DNA of 64,000 nt from Pseudomonadota bacterium (GCA_021295775.1 JAGWBS010000040.1:906-64905), one strand, 5' to 3'; counted from the first letter of the stretch, positions 9,652 through 20,141 are shown. Notes: generated from the letters alone by a model not told the origin. Numbers and translations: made by a program.

Positions 9652-10563
9652 TCAGACCCGCAGGGCTCCGATCAGCTCGCTCACGGCGGCGATCCCGTGG
9701 CGCCTGCAGTAGTCGGCGAGGCCGTCGCGGATTTCGACCGCCGCACTGGGATTGGCGTAGTTCGCCGTCCCGACCTGAATCGCCGTGGCGCCGCACAGCA
9801 GGAAAGCGACGGCGTCGGCGGCGCTGCGAATGCCGCCGATGCCGCAAATCGGCAGCGAAACGGCCTGGGCAGCCTGGTAAACCATGCGCAGCGCGATCGG
9901 CAGGATCGCGGGTCCCGACAGCCCGCCGAGCCCGTTGGCGAGCACGGGGCGGCGGGTCTCGGGGTCGACCATCAGCGCCTGGACGGCGTTGATCAGGCAG
10001 ATCCCGTCGGCGCCCTCGCCTTCGCAGACCCGGGCCATCTCCGCGATCGAGGTGACGTTGGGAGAGAGCTTGACCAGCAGGGGCAGCTCCGTCGCCGGCC
10101 GGCACGCTCGGATCAGCTCGGACAGCGACGCGGGATCCTGGCCGAACTCGATGCCGCCCGACTTGACGTGCGGACAACTCGCGTTGATCTCGATGCCCGC
10201 CAGACCGTCCGCCGCGTCCAGACGTTCGCAGACCCGGGCATACAGACCGGGCTCGGTTCCGAAACAGCTGGCGATCAGCGTGGCGTGGGGCGGCAGCGCG
10301 GGCAGCTTGTCGGCCAGGAACGCGTCCACGCCCACGTTCTCCAGGCTGATCGCGTTGAGCATTCCCGCGGGCGTCTCTGCGATCCGGGGGGGCGGATTGC
10401 CGGTGCGGGGCTCGAGCGTGAGCGACTTGGCCACCAGCCCGCCGAGTTGCTCGAGCTGAACGAAGGGCAGCATCTCGGTGCCGTAGCCCGCCGTACCGCT
10501 GGCCAGCAGCACCGGGTTCCGCAACGGGATCCCGGCCAGTTCCGTGCTCAAGTCGGGCGTCAC
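9652..10563 (-). CDS. pyrD: Dihydroorotate dehydrogenase, class 1B catalytic subunit
   Basis: Translation ...LAGIPLRNPVLLASGTAGYGTE...IEINASCPHVKSGG...GGLSGPAILPIALRMV... The GTG start at 10563 has GGGAGGA 6 nt upstream and overlaps the pyrK TGA (GTGA). Confidence 0.93.
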   Translation of the reverse strand: MTPDLSTELAGIPLRNPVLLASGTAGYGTEMLPFVQLEQLGGLVAKSLTLEPRTGNPPPRIAETPAGMLNAISLENVGVDAFLADKLPALPPHATLIASCFGTEPGLYARVCERLDAADGLAGIEINASCPHVKSGGIEFGQDPASLSELIRACRPATELPLLVKLSPNVTSIAEMARVCEGEGADGICLINAVQALMVDPETRRPVLANGLGGLSGPAILPIALRMVYQAAQAVSLPICGIGGIRSAADAVAFLLCGATAIQVGTANYANPSAAVEIRDGLADYCRRHGIAAVSELIGALRV

Positions 10564-11336
10564 GGAAGGTCCTCCCAGCACAACTCCCCGGCGTCGAGCA
10601 CGGGCCCCTGGGTGCACAGATAACGGAATCCGTCCCTTACCGGGACCACGCAGCCGAGGCAGATGCCGAAACCGCAGGCCATCGTGCTTTCCAGGGAGAC
10701 CGAGCAGGGCGCCCTCGCCTCCTCTGCCAGGGCGGCGACCGCCCGCAGCATGCCGTTCGGTCCGCAGGCGTAGACGCTCTCCCCGGGCCGAATCCCGAGT
10801 CCGTCGGTCACCCTTCCCTTCCGGCCCGCGCTGCCGTCCTCGGTCGACACGCTCAGCTCGCAGTCCAGAGCACGGAAATCCTCCAGCCCGAGGAGCTCGG
10901 CCTGCGTGGCGGCTCCGAGGGCGACGCGCAGCGGACCCGACGAGTCGCGCGCGAGCTCGTACAGCGAAGCGATTCCCGTCCCGCCGCCGACCAGCAGCGC
11001 GGCTCCCTCGGGAAGCCGGAAACCCCGCCCCAGAGGACCTACCACGGCGACCGCTTCTCCCGGCGCCAGCGACCCCATGATCCGGGTCCCCCGGCCGACG
11101 GGTCTGAAGCGGAACTCCAGCGCGTCGCCTTCGCGCCGGTAGACCGCCATCGGCCGGGGGAGCAGCGGGTCGACGCGCTCCAGCCCCGGGTCGAGCTGCA
11201 GCATCGCGAACTGCCCCGGCGCGTGCGCGGGAAACCCCGGCGCTTCGAGACGCAGCGCAAAGGGCCCGGAGTCCAGGACGCGGCCGACGACCCGACGTCG
11301 CTCCGCGTCGTGCCCGGGGCGGGTCTCAGGTCGCAT
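10560..11336 (-). CDS. pyrK: Dihydroorotate dehydrogenase electron-transfer subunit (PyrK)
   Basis: Start ATG 11336 (MRPETRPGH...). It has an FAD/NAD-binding ferredoxin-reductase fold and a C-terminal 2Fe-2S cysteine cluster, MACGFGICLGCV. It overlaps the upstream regulator gene by 11 nt. Confidence 0.88.
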   Translation of the reverse strand: MRPETRPGHDAERRRVVGRVLDSGPFALRLEAPGFPAHAPGQFAMLQLDPGLERVDPLLPRPMAVYRREGDALEFRFRPVGRGTRIMGSLAPGEAVAVVGPLGRGFRLPEGAALLVGGGTGIASLYELARDSSGPLRVALGAATQAELLGLEDFRALDCELSVSTEDGSAGRKGRVTDGLGIRPGESVYACGPNGMLRAVAALAEEARAPCSVSLESTMACGFGICLGCVVPVRDGFRYLCTQGPVLDAGELCWEDLP

Positions 11337-12699
11337 GGCGGTGTTTCTCGACGTCGATCCCCAGGCTGCGCAGCTTGCGCGAAAGGGTCTCCCGGGCCAG
11401 CCCAACGACCTGCGAGGTGCGCGAGATGTTCCAGCCGTTGTCGCGCAGCTTCTGAGTCAGGTACTCGCGCTCGAACAGCGCGCGCGCCTCGGCCAGGGTC
11501 TGTGCGCCCGCGCCCTGCGGCAGACTCACGCGCTCGGGCGAGGAAATCTGCGGCGGTAGACCGTCCACATCGATCTGGCTGCCGGGCGTCATCAGCACGA
11601 CCCGCTCGACGACGTTCTGCAGCTCGCGGACATTGCCCGGCCAGGGATAGTCCATCAGACGGGCGAGCGCCCGCGGGGTCAGACGGGGCGGGGTCTTCCC
11701 GGCCTCCGCGGCGAAACGCGCCAGAAAACGTTCGGCGAGCAGAGAGATGTCGCCGCGCCGCTCGCGCAGCGGGGGGACGTGGAAGGGAATCACGTTGAGG
11801 CGGTAGTAGAGGTCTTCGCGGAAGCGCCCCTCGGCCATCTCGGCCTCGAGGGCCTTGTTGGTGGCGGCAACGACGCGGACATCCACGTCGAGCGTCTCGG
11901 TGCCGCCCACGCGCTCGAAACGATGCTCCTGCAGGATCCGCAGGATCTTCGCCTGGGTCATCAGCGACATGTCGGCGATCTCGTCCAGGAACAGGGTGCC
12001 GCTGTCGGCGATCTCGAAGCGCCCCCGCTTTCTCTTGATGGCCCCGGTGAAGGCGCCCTTCTCGTGGCCGAACAATTCGCTCTCGATCAACTCCTCGGGG
12101 ATGGCGGCGCAGTTGACCGGAACGAACGGCCGGTCGCTGCGGTTGGATTGCAGGTGGAGCTGACAGGCGACGAGTTCCTTGCCCGTGCCGTTCTCGCCGG
12201 TGATCAGCACCCAGCCGTCGGTCGGCGCGGCGATGGAGATCTGCCGCTTCAGATCCCGCATCGACTCCGTTTCGCCACATATCTCCGTGTCGCCCATCAG
12301 CTGCTCGCGCAGCAGACGGTTCTCGCGCTCGAGGCGCGCGCTGTCCATGCTGCGCTGCAGGCACAGGATCAGGTTGTCGTAGGACAGGGGTTTCTCGAGA
12401 AAGTCGTAGGCGCCCAGCTTGGTGGCGCGAACCGCGGTGTCGATCGTGCCGTGGCCCGACATCATCACCACCGGCAGCGCGGGATGCCGACCGCGCAACT
12501 CCTCCAGCAACTCGAGTCCGTCCCGGCCCGGCATGGAAACGTCGAGCAGCACCACGTCGGGCGCGTCGGAATCGACCAGGCTCAGGGCGCGCGAAGCGTC
12601 CGCGGCCGTGACCGCCGTGTAGCCCTCGTCGGTCAGAATGCCGGAAACGCTGTGAAGGATGCCCTCTTCGTCGTCGACGATCAGAACGGTTCGCGACAC
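11326..12699 (-). CDS. Sigma54-dependent response regulator (NtrC/NtrX family bacterial enhancer-binding protein)
   Basis: GTG 12699: VSRTVLIVDDEEGILHSVSGIL... is the receiver domain. The AAA+ core reads VLITGENGTGKELVA...GAFTGA...ESELFGHEKGAFTG. The C-terminal HTH reads NISRTSQVVGLARETLSRKL. Confidence 0.93.
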   Translation of the reverse strand: MSRTVLIVDDEEGILHSVSGILTDEGYTAVTAADASRALSLVDSDAPDVVLLDVSMPGRDGLELLEELRGRHPALPVVMMSGHGTIDTAVRATKLGAYDFLEKPLSYDNLILCLQRSMDSARLERENRLLREQLMGDTEICGETESMRDLKRQISIAAPTDGWVLITGENGTGKELVACQLHLQSNRSDRPFVPVNCAAIPEELIESELFGHEKGAFTGAIKRKRGRFEIADSGTLFLDEIADMSLMTQAKILRILQEHRFERVGGTETLDVDVRVVAATNKALEAEMAEGRFREDLYYRLNVIPFHVPPLRERRGDISLLAERFLARFAAEAGKTPPRLTPRALARLMDYPWPGNVRELQNVVERVVLMTPGSQIDVDGLPPQISSPERVSLPQGAGAQTLAEARALFEREYLTQKLRDNGWNISRTSQVVGLARETLSRKLRSLGIDVEKHRHAT

Positions 12700-12701
12700 G
12701 C

Positions 12702-14924
12702 CTACGCCCTGACCGGCAGTTCCACGATGAAGCGGGTGCCGCGCGGCTGATTTCCCCGCACTCGAATCGTGCCCGAGTGATCCGAGACGATGCGGCTGAC
12801 GATCGCCAGGCCGAGGCCGGACCCTTCGCGCTTGGTCGAGTAGTAGGGCTCGAACAGGCGCATTCGTTCCGCGGGTTCCAGGCCGGTTCCGGTGTCCGCG
12901 ACCTCCAGCGCCACGGTTCCCAGTTCGCGGTCGAGGCTCGTCGCCACTCGCACCCGGCGCGGCCCGGCGCCGGCGTCGTCGATCGCCGCGGTCGCGTTGT
13001 CCAGCAGGTTCAGGATCACCCGCTTGATCTGTTCGCGGTCCAGGTCGAGCGTGGGCAGTTCCGGCGCCAGATCCGTCTGGAAGTCGATGCGGGTATGGCC
13101 GCGGTACAGCTCGATCACCTCGCCCACCAGGGCGTTGATGGCGGTCGGCGCGGGATCGGTCGCCGGCAGGCGCGCGAAGTTCGAGAACTCCGTCAGCATC
13201 TGCTTGAGCGATTCCACCTCGCGGGTGATCGCGGCGGTGGACTCCTCCAGCAGTTCGCACGATTCCGCGTCCTCCAGACGCCCCATCAGGCGCCGATTGA
13301 GGCGTTGGGCGGAGAGCTGGATCGGGGTCAGGGGATTCTTGATCTCGTGCGCGATGCGCCGCGCGACGTCCCGCCAGGCGGCGGTGCGCTGCGCGCGCAG
13401 GATCTGCGTGACGTCGTCGATCACCACCACGAATCCCCCCGCCTCGCCTTCCAGGCCGTGGATTCGGGTCGCCGTCCAGTTCAGGGTGCACAGCTCCTCG
13501 TTCAACACGATCTGGACCTGTTTGCGCAGCACCTGCCGGGGGCCGACGGCGAGCCGGCGCAGCAGCGATGCGAGGGTGCGCTGCGCCTCGCCTTCCAGGA
13601 GTTCGTCGATCTTGCGCCCATACCACTCCGCGCCCTGCACGCCCAGCAGGCGCAGCGCGGACGGATTGATGGTCCGCACGACCCAGTCGCCGTCGAGCGA
13701 GATCACGCCCGCCTCGACGTTGTGCACGATCGCCTCGAGCTGTCTGCGGCGGCGGTCGAGGGCATCGCGGCTGGCGCGCAGGTCGCCCGCCATGCGGTTG
13801 AACTCGGCCACCAGGGTTCCGATCTCGTCGTCTCCCACCTGCTCGACGTGCACGTCGAGATTGCCCGCCGCCACCTCCGTCGCGGCGCCGGCCAGGCGCT
13901 GGATCGGCTCGGTGATCTGCTTGGCGAGCCGAAACCCGATCCAGGTCGAGAACAGCAGACTCGCGAGGGCGAGGATCCCCAGATAGACCGGCGTGCTGCT
14001 CTCGAGCGCGCCCTCGCTGGGCTGCAGGCGCTGGTAGGCCGCCAGCCCCGCTTCGATCTCCGCGACGTGCTCCCCGATGCCCTGGGCGACGAAGCGGTTG
14101 ATCACGACCACCGCCGCGACCTCGTCCGAGCCCTCGCCGGCGTAGATCGGCACCAGCGCGCGCACCAGTTCGCCTCCCGCGGCACTGGCCACGTGCGTCT
14201 GCTCCACCCCGTCGAGCCCCTCCCGCACCAGGTCCGAGTTGGGCGACTCGAACGAGACCACGGCGCGCTCCGGGTCGGTCGCGCCGGCCAGAAGTTCGCC
14301 GCCGGCGTCGAACACTTCGACCAGCGCCAGGTCGTACTCGGCCTGCTTGAGGGCCACGTGCCGGTTCAGGTTCGGGCTCCCACCGGGATGCAGCAGGCCG
14401 CGCTCTCCGATCTGGGTGGCGATCCGCCGGCCGAACAACAGCGCGATGTCTTCCTGGTCCCGGTAATAGGACTGCGACAGGGCCACGGAGCGGCGCAGCC
14501 CCTCGGCCAACTCGAGTTCGAACCAGGCGTTGATGACCCGAACCAGCAGGTACCAGGACGACGCGAACAGCAGGATCGACGAGATCCCCGTGACCAGCAC
14601 GAACGACAGCACGAAGCGCGTGTTCAGCTTGGCCCCGAAAATCCCGCGGCGGCGTTCGATCACCAGCTTGACGACGTTGCGTCCCAGCAGGAACACCAGC
14701 AGCCCGATCAGGCTGACGGTCGCCGAGAGCATCGCCCAGAGCGCCGCGTCGCTGCGCAGGGGGCGCGCCACCAGCAGATCCGGCTGCAGCGCGACCAGCC
14801 CGGCGAGCAGGGTCGCGATGAAACCGGCGATCAGCCAGTCGCGCCGGCGCCGGCGGCGCTCGGCGGAGGAGAGCCTCGACGAGCTGCGCGCGAACTCGTC
14901 CGCAAGTGTCTTCGGCGTCGCCAA
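12702..14924 (-). CDS. NtrY-like sensor histidine kinase (TM-HAMP-PAS-HisKA-HATPase)
   Basis: 740-aa ORF. It has N-terminal TM helices and the H-box IAHEIKNPLTPIQLSAQRL. ATPase motifs include DNATAA...DTGTGL...GSGLGLAIV. The TTG start at 14924 is not supported by a clear SD. Confidence 0.9.
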   Translation of the reverse strand: MATPKTLADEFARSSSRLSSAERRRRRRDWLIAGFIATLLAGLVALQPDLLVARPLRSDAALWAMLSATVSLIGLLVFLLGRNVVKLVIERRRGIFGAKLNTRFVLSFVLVTGISSILLFASSWYLLVRVINAWFELELAEGLRRSVALSQSYYRDQEDIALLFGRRIATQIGERGLLHPGGSPNLNRHVALKQAEYDLALVEVFDAGGELLAGATDPERAVVSFESPNSDLVREGLDGVEQTHVASAAGGELVRALVPIYAGEGSDEVAAVVVINRFVAQGIGEHVAEIEAGLAAYQRLQPSEGALESSTPVYLGILALASLLFSTWIGFRLAKQITEPIQRLAGAATEVAAGNLDVHVEQVGDDEIGTLVAEFNRMAGDLRASRDALDRRRRQLEAIVHNVEAGVISLDGDWVVRTINPSALRLLGVQGAEWYGRKIDELLEGEAQRTLASLLRRLAVGPRQVLRKQVQIVLNEELCTLNWTATRIHGLEGEAGGFVVVIDDVTQILRAQRTAAWRDVARRIAHEIKNPLTPIQLSAQRLNRRLMGRLEDAESCELLEESTAAITREVESLKQMLTEFSNFARLPATDPAPTAINALVGEVIELYRGHTRIDFQTDLAPELPTLDLDREQIKRVILNLLDNATAAIDDAGAGPRRVRVATSLDRELGTVALEVADTGTGLEPAERMRLFEPYYSTKREGSGLGLAIVSRIVSDHSGTIRVRGNQPRGTRFIVELPVRA

Positions 14925-15113
14925 ATCGCCCGAGACGCTAGCCCAGGCCGACCGAGGCTTTCAATCGAAATCCGCGGCCCGCCGACGGCGGACGACCCGC
15001 TCTCGACCGCCTCCGCGCGGAGCGCGAAGCCGCACAGAAGCGTCAGCGGCAGCTTGGAGGACTGCCTGGATGCGAGCCTTGGAATCCCCCCGGGCGCCGC
15101 CGCCAGAAGGGCC

Positions 15114-16070
15114 CTAGGCGGTTCGCAGACCGCGCACCCTCACCGGGGCGACGTCGCCCGCCTGCCGCTCGCCGGGCGCATCGACCGTCCAGCAGCTGGG
15201 GTTCGCGCGGATCTCCGCGACCAGCGCCTGGTGCAGCGCGTGCCCCGCCCGCACCGCCTTGACGTGCCCCTGGATCGGCAGACCCAGCAGAGCCAGGTCG
15301 CCGATCAGGTCGAGCGCCTTGTGGCGCACGAACTCGTCGGGGAAGCGCAGCCCGTCCCGGTTCAGCACGCGCTCGTCGTCGAGCACTACGGCGTTCTGGA
15401 GCGACCCGCCGCGCGCCAGCCCGATGCTCTGCAGGCTCTGGACTTCGCGCAGGAAGCCGAAGGTGCGCGCCGGGGCGATCTGGCGCGCGAAGAAGCGCGG
15501 CGTGATCCTGCAGCCGACCAGCTCCTGCGAACCGATGGCCGCGTGCGGATAATCGATCGAGGTGGAGATCTTGAAGCCGCGCGAAGGCAGCACGCGCACC
15601 CAGCGATTCCCGTCGCGCACCTCAATGGGACGGTGGATCACCAGCCGGCGGCGCATGCGGCGCTGGGGCCGCAGTCCGGCCTGCTGGAGCAGATAGACGA
15701 AGGGGGCGGCGCTGCCGTCCATGATCGGAAGTTCGGGACCCGAGACCTCGACCGTGCAGTTGTCGACTCCCAGACCGCGCAGGGCGGCCAGCAGATGCTC
15801 GACCGTCGAAAGCCGCTCGCCCCGGTTTCCCAGCGAGGTGGCCAAGTTCGTGTCGACCACCCACTCGGCGCGGGCCGGAAAGCGGAGTCCGTTCAGGTCG
15901 CGGCGCACGAACAGGATCCCCGTCCCCGCGGCGGCTGGATTCAGGACCAGTTCGACGGGGCGACCGGTGTGCACGCCGATGCCCGTGCACTGCACGCGGC
16001 TGGACAGGGTGTGCTCCCCGCCCCTCAGCAAGTCACTGTTGTCGATCTGCCGCAAGTCAGCCCCTCTCAA
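15114..16070 (-). CDS. lpxC: UDP-3-O-acyl-N-acetylglucosamine deacetylase
   Basis: Translation ...RVQCTGIGVHTGRPVELVLNPA...STVEHLLAALRGLGVDNCTVEVSGPELPIMDGSAAPFV...HKALDLIGDLALLG... The start is ambiguous. TTG 16070 is preceded by GAAGG. TTG 16055 is preceded by GAGAGGGG-N5. Confidence 0.93.
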   Translation of the reverse strand: MRGADLRQIDNSDLLRGGEHTLSSRVQCTGIGVHTGRPVELVLNPAAAGTGILFVRRDLNGLRFPARAEWVVDTNLATSLGNRGERLSTVEHLLAALRGLGVDNCTVEVSGPELPIMDGSAAPFVYLLQQAGLRPQRRMRRRLVIHRPIEVRDGNRWVRVLPSRGFKISTSIDYPHAAIGSQELVGCRITPRFFARQIAPARTFGFLREVQSLQSIGLARGGSLQNAVVLDDERVLNRDGLRFPDEFVRHKALDLIGDLALLGLPIQGHVKAVRAGHALHQALVAEIRANPSCWTVDAPGERQAGDVAPVRVRGLRTA

Positions 16071-16110
16071 CGACCTTCAACCCGCACGGGCAGCAATCTC
16101 GTGGAGCTAT

Positions 16111-16126
16111 AGCAAAATCGGTGCCA
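16111..16126 (-). promoter_or_regulatory. Sigma54 (-24/-12) promoter upstream of lpxC
   Basis: The minus strand reads TGGCAC-CGATT-TTGCT. This is an exact match to TGGCAC-N5-TTGCW with correct GG/GC spacing. It lies 41 nt upstream of the first possible lpxC start, in an AT-rich spacer. Confidence 0.6.
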
Positions 16127-16139
16127 TTCTAAAGAACGG

Positions 16140-16160
16140 CTCGAGAACTCGTCTCTCGAG
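16140..16160. repeat. Inverted repeat A (CTCGAGA-N7-TCTCGAG)
   Basis: Perfect 7-bp arms, centred about 30 bp upstream of the sigma54 element. Confidence 0.8.
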
Positions 16161-16237
16161 GATCGAGAATGAGAAAGCTGAGCTATCAAGGGGACTTCTT
16201 CCTATAAGCGCGAGAGAAGTTCAAGTGCTCCTGGATC

Positions 16238-16260
16238 CTCCGAAACCGGCTCTTTCGGAG
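16238..16260. repeat. Inverted repeat B (CTCCGAAA-N7-TTTCGGAG)
   Basis: Perfect 8-bp arms with the same 7-nt spacer length as repeat A. It lies about 130 bp upstream of the sigma54 element. Confidence 0.8.
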
Positions 16261-16281
16261 TCGAAGTGACATTTTCGTTAC

Positions 16282-16303
16282 GGCGTGACGATCGCGTCAC
16301 GCC
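16282..16303. repeat. Inverted repeat C (GGCGTGACG-ATCG-CGTCACGCC), possibly the TauE-gene terminator hairpin
   Basis: Perfect 9-bp arms with a 4-nt loop, 58 nt downstream of the TauE-family stop. No U-tract follows on either strand. Confidence 0.8.
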
Positions 16304-16360
16304 TGCTCGGCCGGTTCGAGGCGAATGGCGGCCGCCCGCCGCGAGGCGCTACGGGCCTCA

Positions 16361-17100
16361 TCACAACACAAACAGCAGGCGCAGCGCCATCGCCAGTACG
16401 GCCAGGGCGACGACCGGCCGCAGAAATCTCTCTCCGCGCCGCGCTCCGAATCGGGAGGCGACGTACCCCCCGACCGCCGAGCCCGCCGCCAGCGCCAGAC
16501 CCGGAATCCACCAGACCTGACCCGACCCGGCGAAAACCGCCAGCGCCAGACTCTGCTGGACGGTATTGATCGCCACTTTGGCGGCGTTGGCCCGCACCAG
16601 GTCGAGTCCCGCGACCGCCACCAGCGCCATCAGCAGCGGAATCCCCAGACCGGCCTGGACCACCCCGCCGTAGAAACCCATGGCCGCGAAGCTGAGTTGA
16701 ACCGACGCGCCAGTCCGGGTGCGCCGTTCGAACTGGGCGGAGGGTCTCCACAGCAGCGGCAGAAACGCCAGCATCAGCAGGGCGAAACCGAACTGGAACC
16801 ACTCGTCGGGCACGCGCGTGGCCAGCGACGCGCCCAGCAGGGTGCCGGCCAAGGTCGCGGGAAGGAAGCGCAGCGCGACCGTCAGTTCGCGCACCCCCTC
16901 GCGGCCGAATCCCGCCACGGCGGCGGCGCTCTGGGCCGCCACTCCGATGCGGTTGGTCCCATTGGCGATCCCCGCGGGTACGCCCACGAAGATCAGCAGC
17001 GGAACCGTCAGGAACGACCCGCCGCCCGCCAGCGTGTTGAGGGCGCCGGCCAGCGCGCCTCCGACCAGCAGGGTCAGCCAGTGCTCCGGCGCGGTCAGGT

Positions 17101-17104
<4 letters not shown>
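16361..17104 (-). CDS. TauE/SafE family sulfite/anion exporter, probably initiated at CTG
   Basis: The ORF track starts at GTG 16987 ([15 protein letters not shown]...). The frame stays open upstream and encodes [39 protein letters not shown], the conserved first TM/Gly motif of the family. No canonical start lies in that stretch. GGGGAGG-CTTCT-CTG is at 17104 and overlaps the ruvB TGA (CTGA). Confidence 0.7.
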
Positions 17105-18121
<1,017 letters not shown>

Positions 18122-18138
<17 letters not shown>

Positions 18139-18712
18139 GCAGCGCCTCCCGGATCACCGCCTGGAGCCCGGGGTCGGCGGGTAGTTCTTCGAGCGCCGCC
18201 CGCACCGAGCGCTCGGCGTGGGCGGCGGGATAGCCCAGGTTCAAGAGCGCGGAGACCGTCGCGCGCTCCACACCGTCCTGTCCCGGTTCGGCCTCTTCGC
18301 CCGCCTCCAGTTCGGAGGCGCGGTCGCGCAGATCCACCAGGATCCGCTCGGCGGTCTTCTTGCCCACGCCGGGAACCGCGACCAGCGCGCGCAGGTCGCC
18401 CTGCCGGATCGCGCCCAGCAGGGGTTCGGCCGGCAGTCCCGACAGGATCGCCAGGGCCAGCCGCGGCCCCACTCCGCTGATGCCCAGGAGCAGCCGGAAA
18501 ACCGCACGATCGGCTTCTCGCAGGAAACCGTAGAGTTGCAGCGCCTCCTCGCGCACATGCGTGTGGATGCGCAGGCCGACCGTCTTGCCCTCTTCGGGAA
18601 GCTGCAGGAACGTCGACAGCGGAACCCGAACCTCGTAGCCCACCCCGCCGACATCGAGAACGACCTCTTCGGGGCGTTTTTCGGTCAACACTCCTTCGAG
18701 TCGGGCGATCAC
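18122..18712 (-). CDS. ruvA: Holliday junction DNA-binding protein RuvA
   Basis: GTG 18712: [35 protein letters not shown]...[17 protein letters not shown]...[16 protein letters not shown]. The start overlaps the ruvC TGA (GTGA). The ORF-track N-terminal extension is spurious. Confidence 0.93.
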
Positions 18713-19203
18713 GCGCTGGCTCCCGCGCGATCGGCGCTTGTCCGGCTCTGGGCGCCGTGGCAGATCGCCACGGCGAGAGCGTCGGCGGCGTCCGAGGCCG
18801 GCGGACGCTCGAGACCCAGCAGGCGCTGGACCATGGACTGCACCTGCTGCTTGCTGGCGCGGCCGTAGCTGGTCACCGCACCCTTGACGCTCGTCGGGGC
18901 GTACTCGGCCGTCGCCAGTCCCGCGCCTCCGCAGACCGCCAGCGCCACTCCGCGGGCCTGTCCGAGCTTCAGCGCCGCGCGCGGATTGCGCGCGCTGAAG
19001 ACGGCTTCGAGCGCGGCCTCGTCCGGGCGGTGCGTACGCACGACCTCGGCCAGCCGGCTGTGGATGGAAGCCAGCCGCAGGCCCACGTCCTCTCCCCGCG
19101 TACGGATCACTCCGCAGTCGACGTAGCGCAGGCGAGAGCCCGAGAACTCCACGATGCCGTAGCCCGTGGCGATCGAACCCGGATCGATGCCCAGAATCCG
19201 CAC
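18709..19203 (-). CDS. ruvC: Crossover junction endodeoxyribonuclease RuvC
   Basis: Translation VRILGIDPGSIATGYGIVEFSGSRLRYVDCGVIRT...ADALAVAICH, a typical RuvC. Confidence 0.94.
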   Translation of the reverse strand: MRILGIDPGSIATGYGIVEFSGSRLRYVDCGVIRTRGEDVGLRLASIHSRLAEVVRTHRPDEAALEAVFSARNPRAALKLGQARGVALAVCGGAGLATAEYAPTSVKGAVTSYGRASKQQVQSMVQRLLGLERPPASDAADALAVAICHGAQSRTSADRAGASA

Positions 19204-19271
19204 GGCCCCCCTCCGGCGATGCGGGCAGTGTAGTCGAAAAGCGTCGCGGAAGCACCGCGCCGGGTCCGCTC

Positions 19272-20021
19272 TCAGGAAGCCGCGGCGAGCAGCTCCTGGT
19301 CGGAAATATCGAAGTTGGCGTAGACCTGCTTGACGTCCTCGTGGTCGTCGATCGCTTCGAACAGCTTGACCATCGTCTGGGCGTCCCTGCCCGTCAGTGC
19401 GACGCTGCTCTGGGGGAGCATCTGGACCTCGGCCAGCGCGGCTGCGAACCCGCCCTGCTCCAGCCGTTGCTTGACGGATTCGAAAGCGTCCGGCCGAGTC
19501 AGGGCGCGGATGACCTCGCCCTCCTCCTCCACGTCGCTGGCGTCCGCGTCGATCGCCGCCTCCATCAGCCGTTCGGCGTCCACCCCATCGCGGTCGAACT
19601 CCAGAACGCCGGTCTGCTCGAACAGGTACGCGACGCAGCCGTTCGCCCCCAGGTTTCCGCCGTGCTTGCTGAACAGGTGTCGGATCTCTCCGACAGTGCG
19701 GTTGCGATTGTCGGTGAGGGTGTCGACGATCACCGCCACGCCGCCGGGCCCGTAGCCCTCGTAGCGGATCTCCTCGTACTGCTCTCCCCCCTCGGCCCCG
19801 CTGCCCTTGCGGATCGCCCGTTCGATGTTGTCCTTGGGCATGTTCAGCGAACGCGCCTTGTCCATGGCCAGCCGCAGGCGCGGGTTGCCCAGCGGATCGC
19901 TGCCTCCCTGCCGGGTGGCGACCGTAATCTCACGAATGAGCTGGGTGAACAGCTTGCCGCGCTTGGCGTCGGTCGCCGCCTTCTTGCGCTTGATCGTCGA
20001 CCACTTGGAATGACCAGACAT
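19272..20021 (-). CDS. YebC/PmpR family DNA-binding transcriptional regulator
   Basis: ATG 20021: [40 protein letters not shown]... This is the classic neighbour of ruvCAB. Confidence 0.94.
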   Translation of the reverse strand: MSGHSKWSTIKRKKAATDAKRGKLFTQLIREITVATRQGGSDPLGNPRLRLAMDKARSLNMPKDNIERAIRKGSGAEGGEQYEEIRYEGYGPGGVAVIVDTLTDNRNRTVGEIRHLFSKHGGNLGANGCVAYLFEQTGVLEFDRDGVDAERLMEAAIDADASDVEEEGEVIRALTRPDAFESVKQRLEQGGFAAALAEVQMLPQSSVALTGRDAQTMVKLFEAIDDHEDVKQVYANFDISDQELLAAAS

Positions 20022-20141
20022 GCGCGCTTTCCCCTCAGTCCTCCAAAGCCCGTTTCGGCGAACCCCCACAATAGCCGCTCCGGCGGGGTTCGGTCCCGGC
20101 GCTGACCGTTTCCAGCCACTCCGGCCGAGGCGGTGGGGGGT

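Noticed and set aside
16169-16207. 12-codon micro-ORF (MRKLSYQGDFFL) with GAGGA-N6-ATG on the plus strand, in the lpxC upstream spacer.
   Set aside because: It is too short to evaluate and has no supporting evidence. It overlaps the region better explained as a regulatory spacer, and its SD is part of inverted repeat A.
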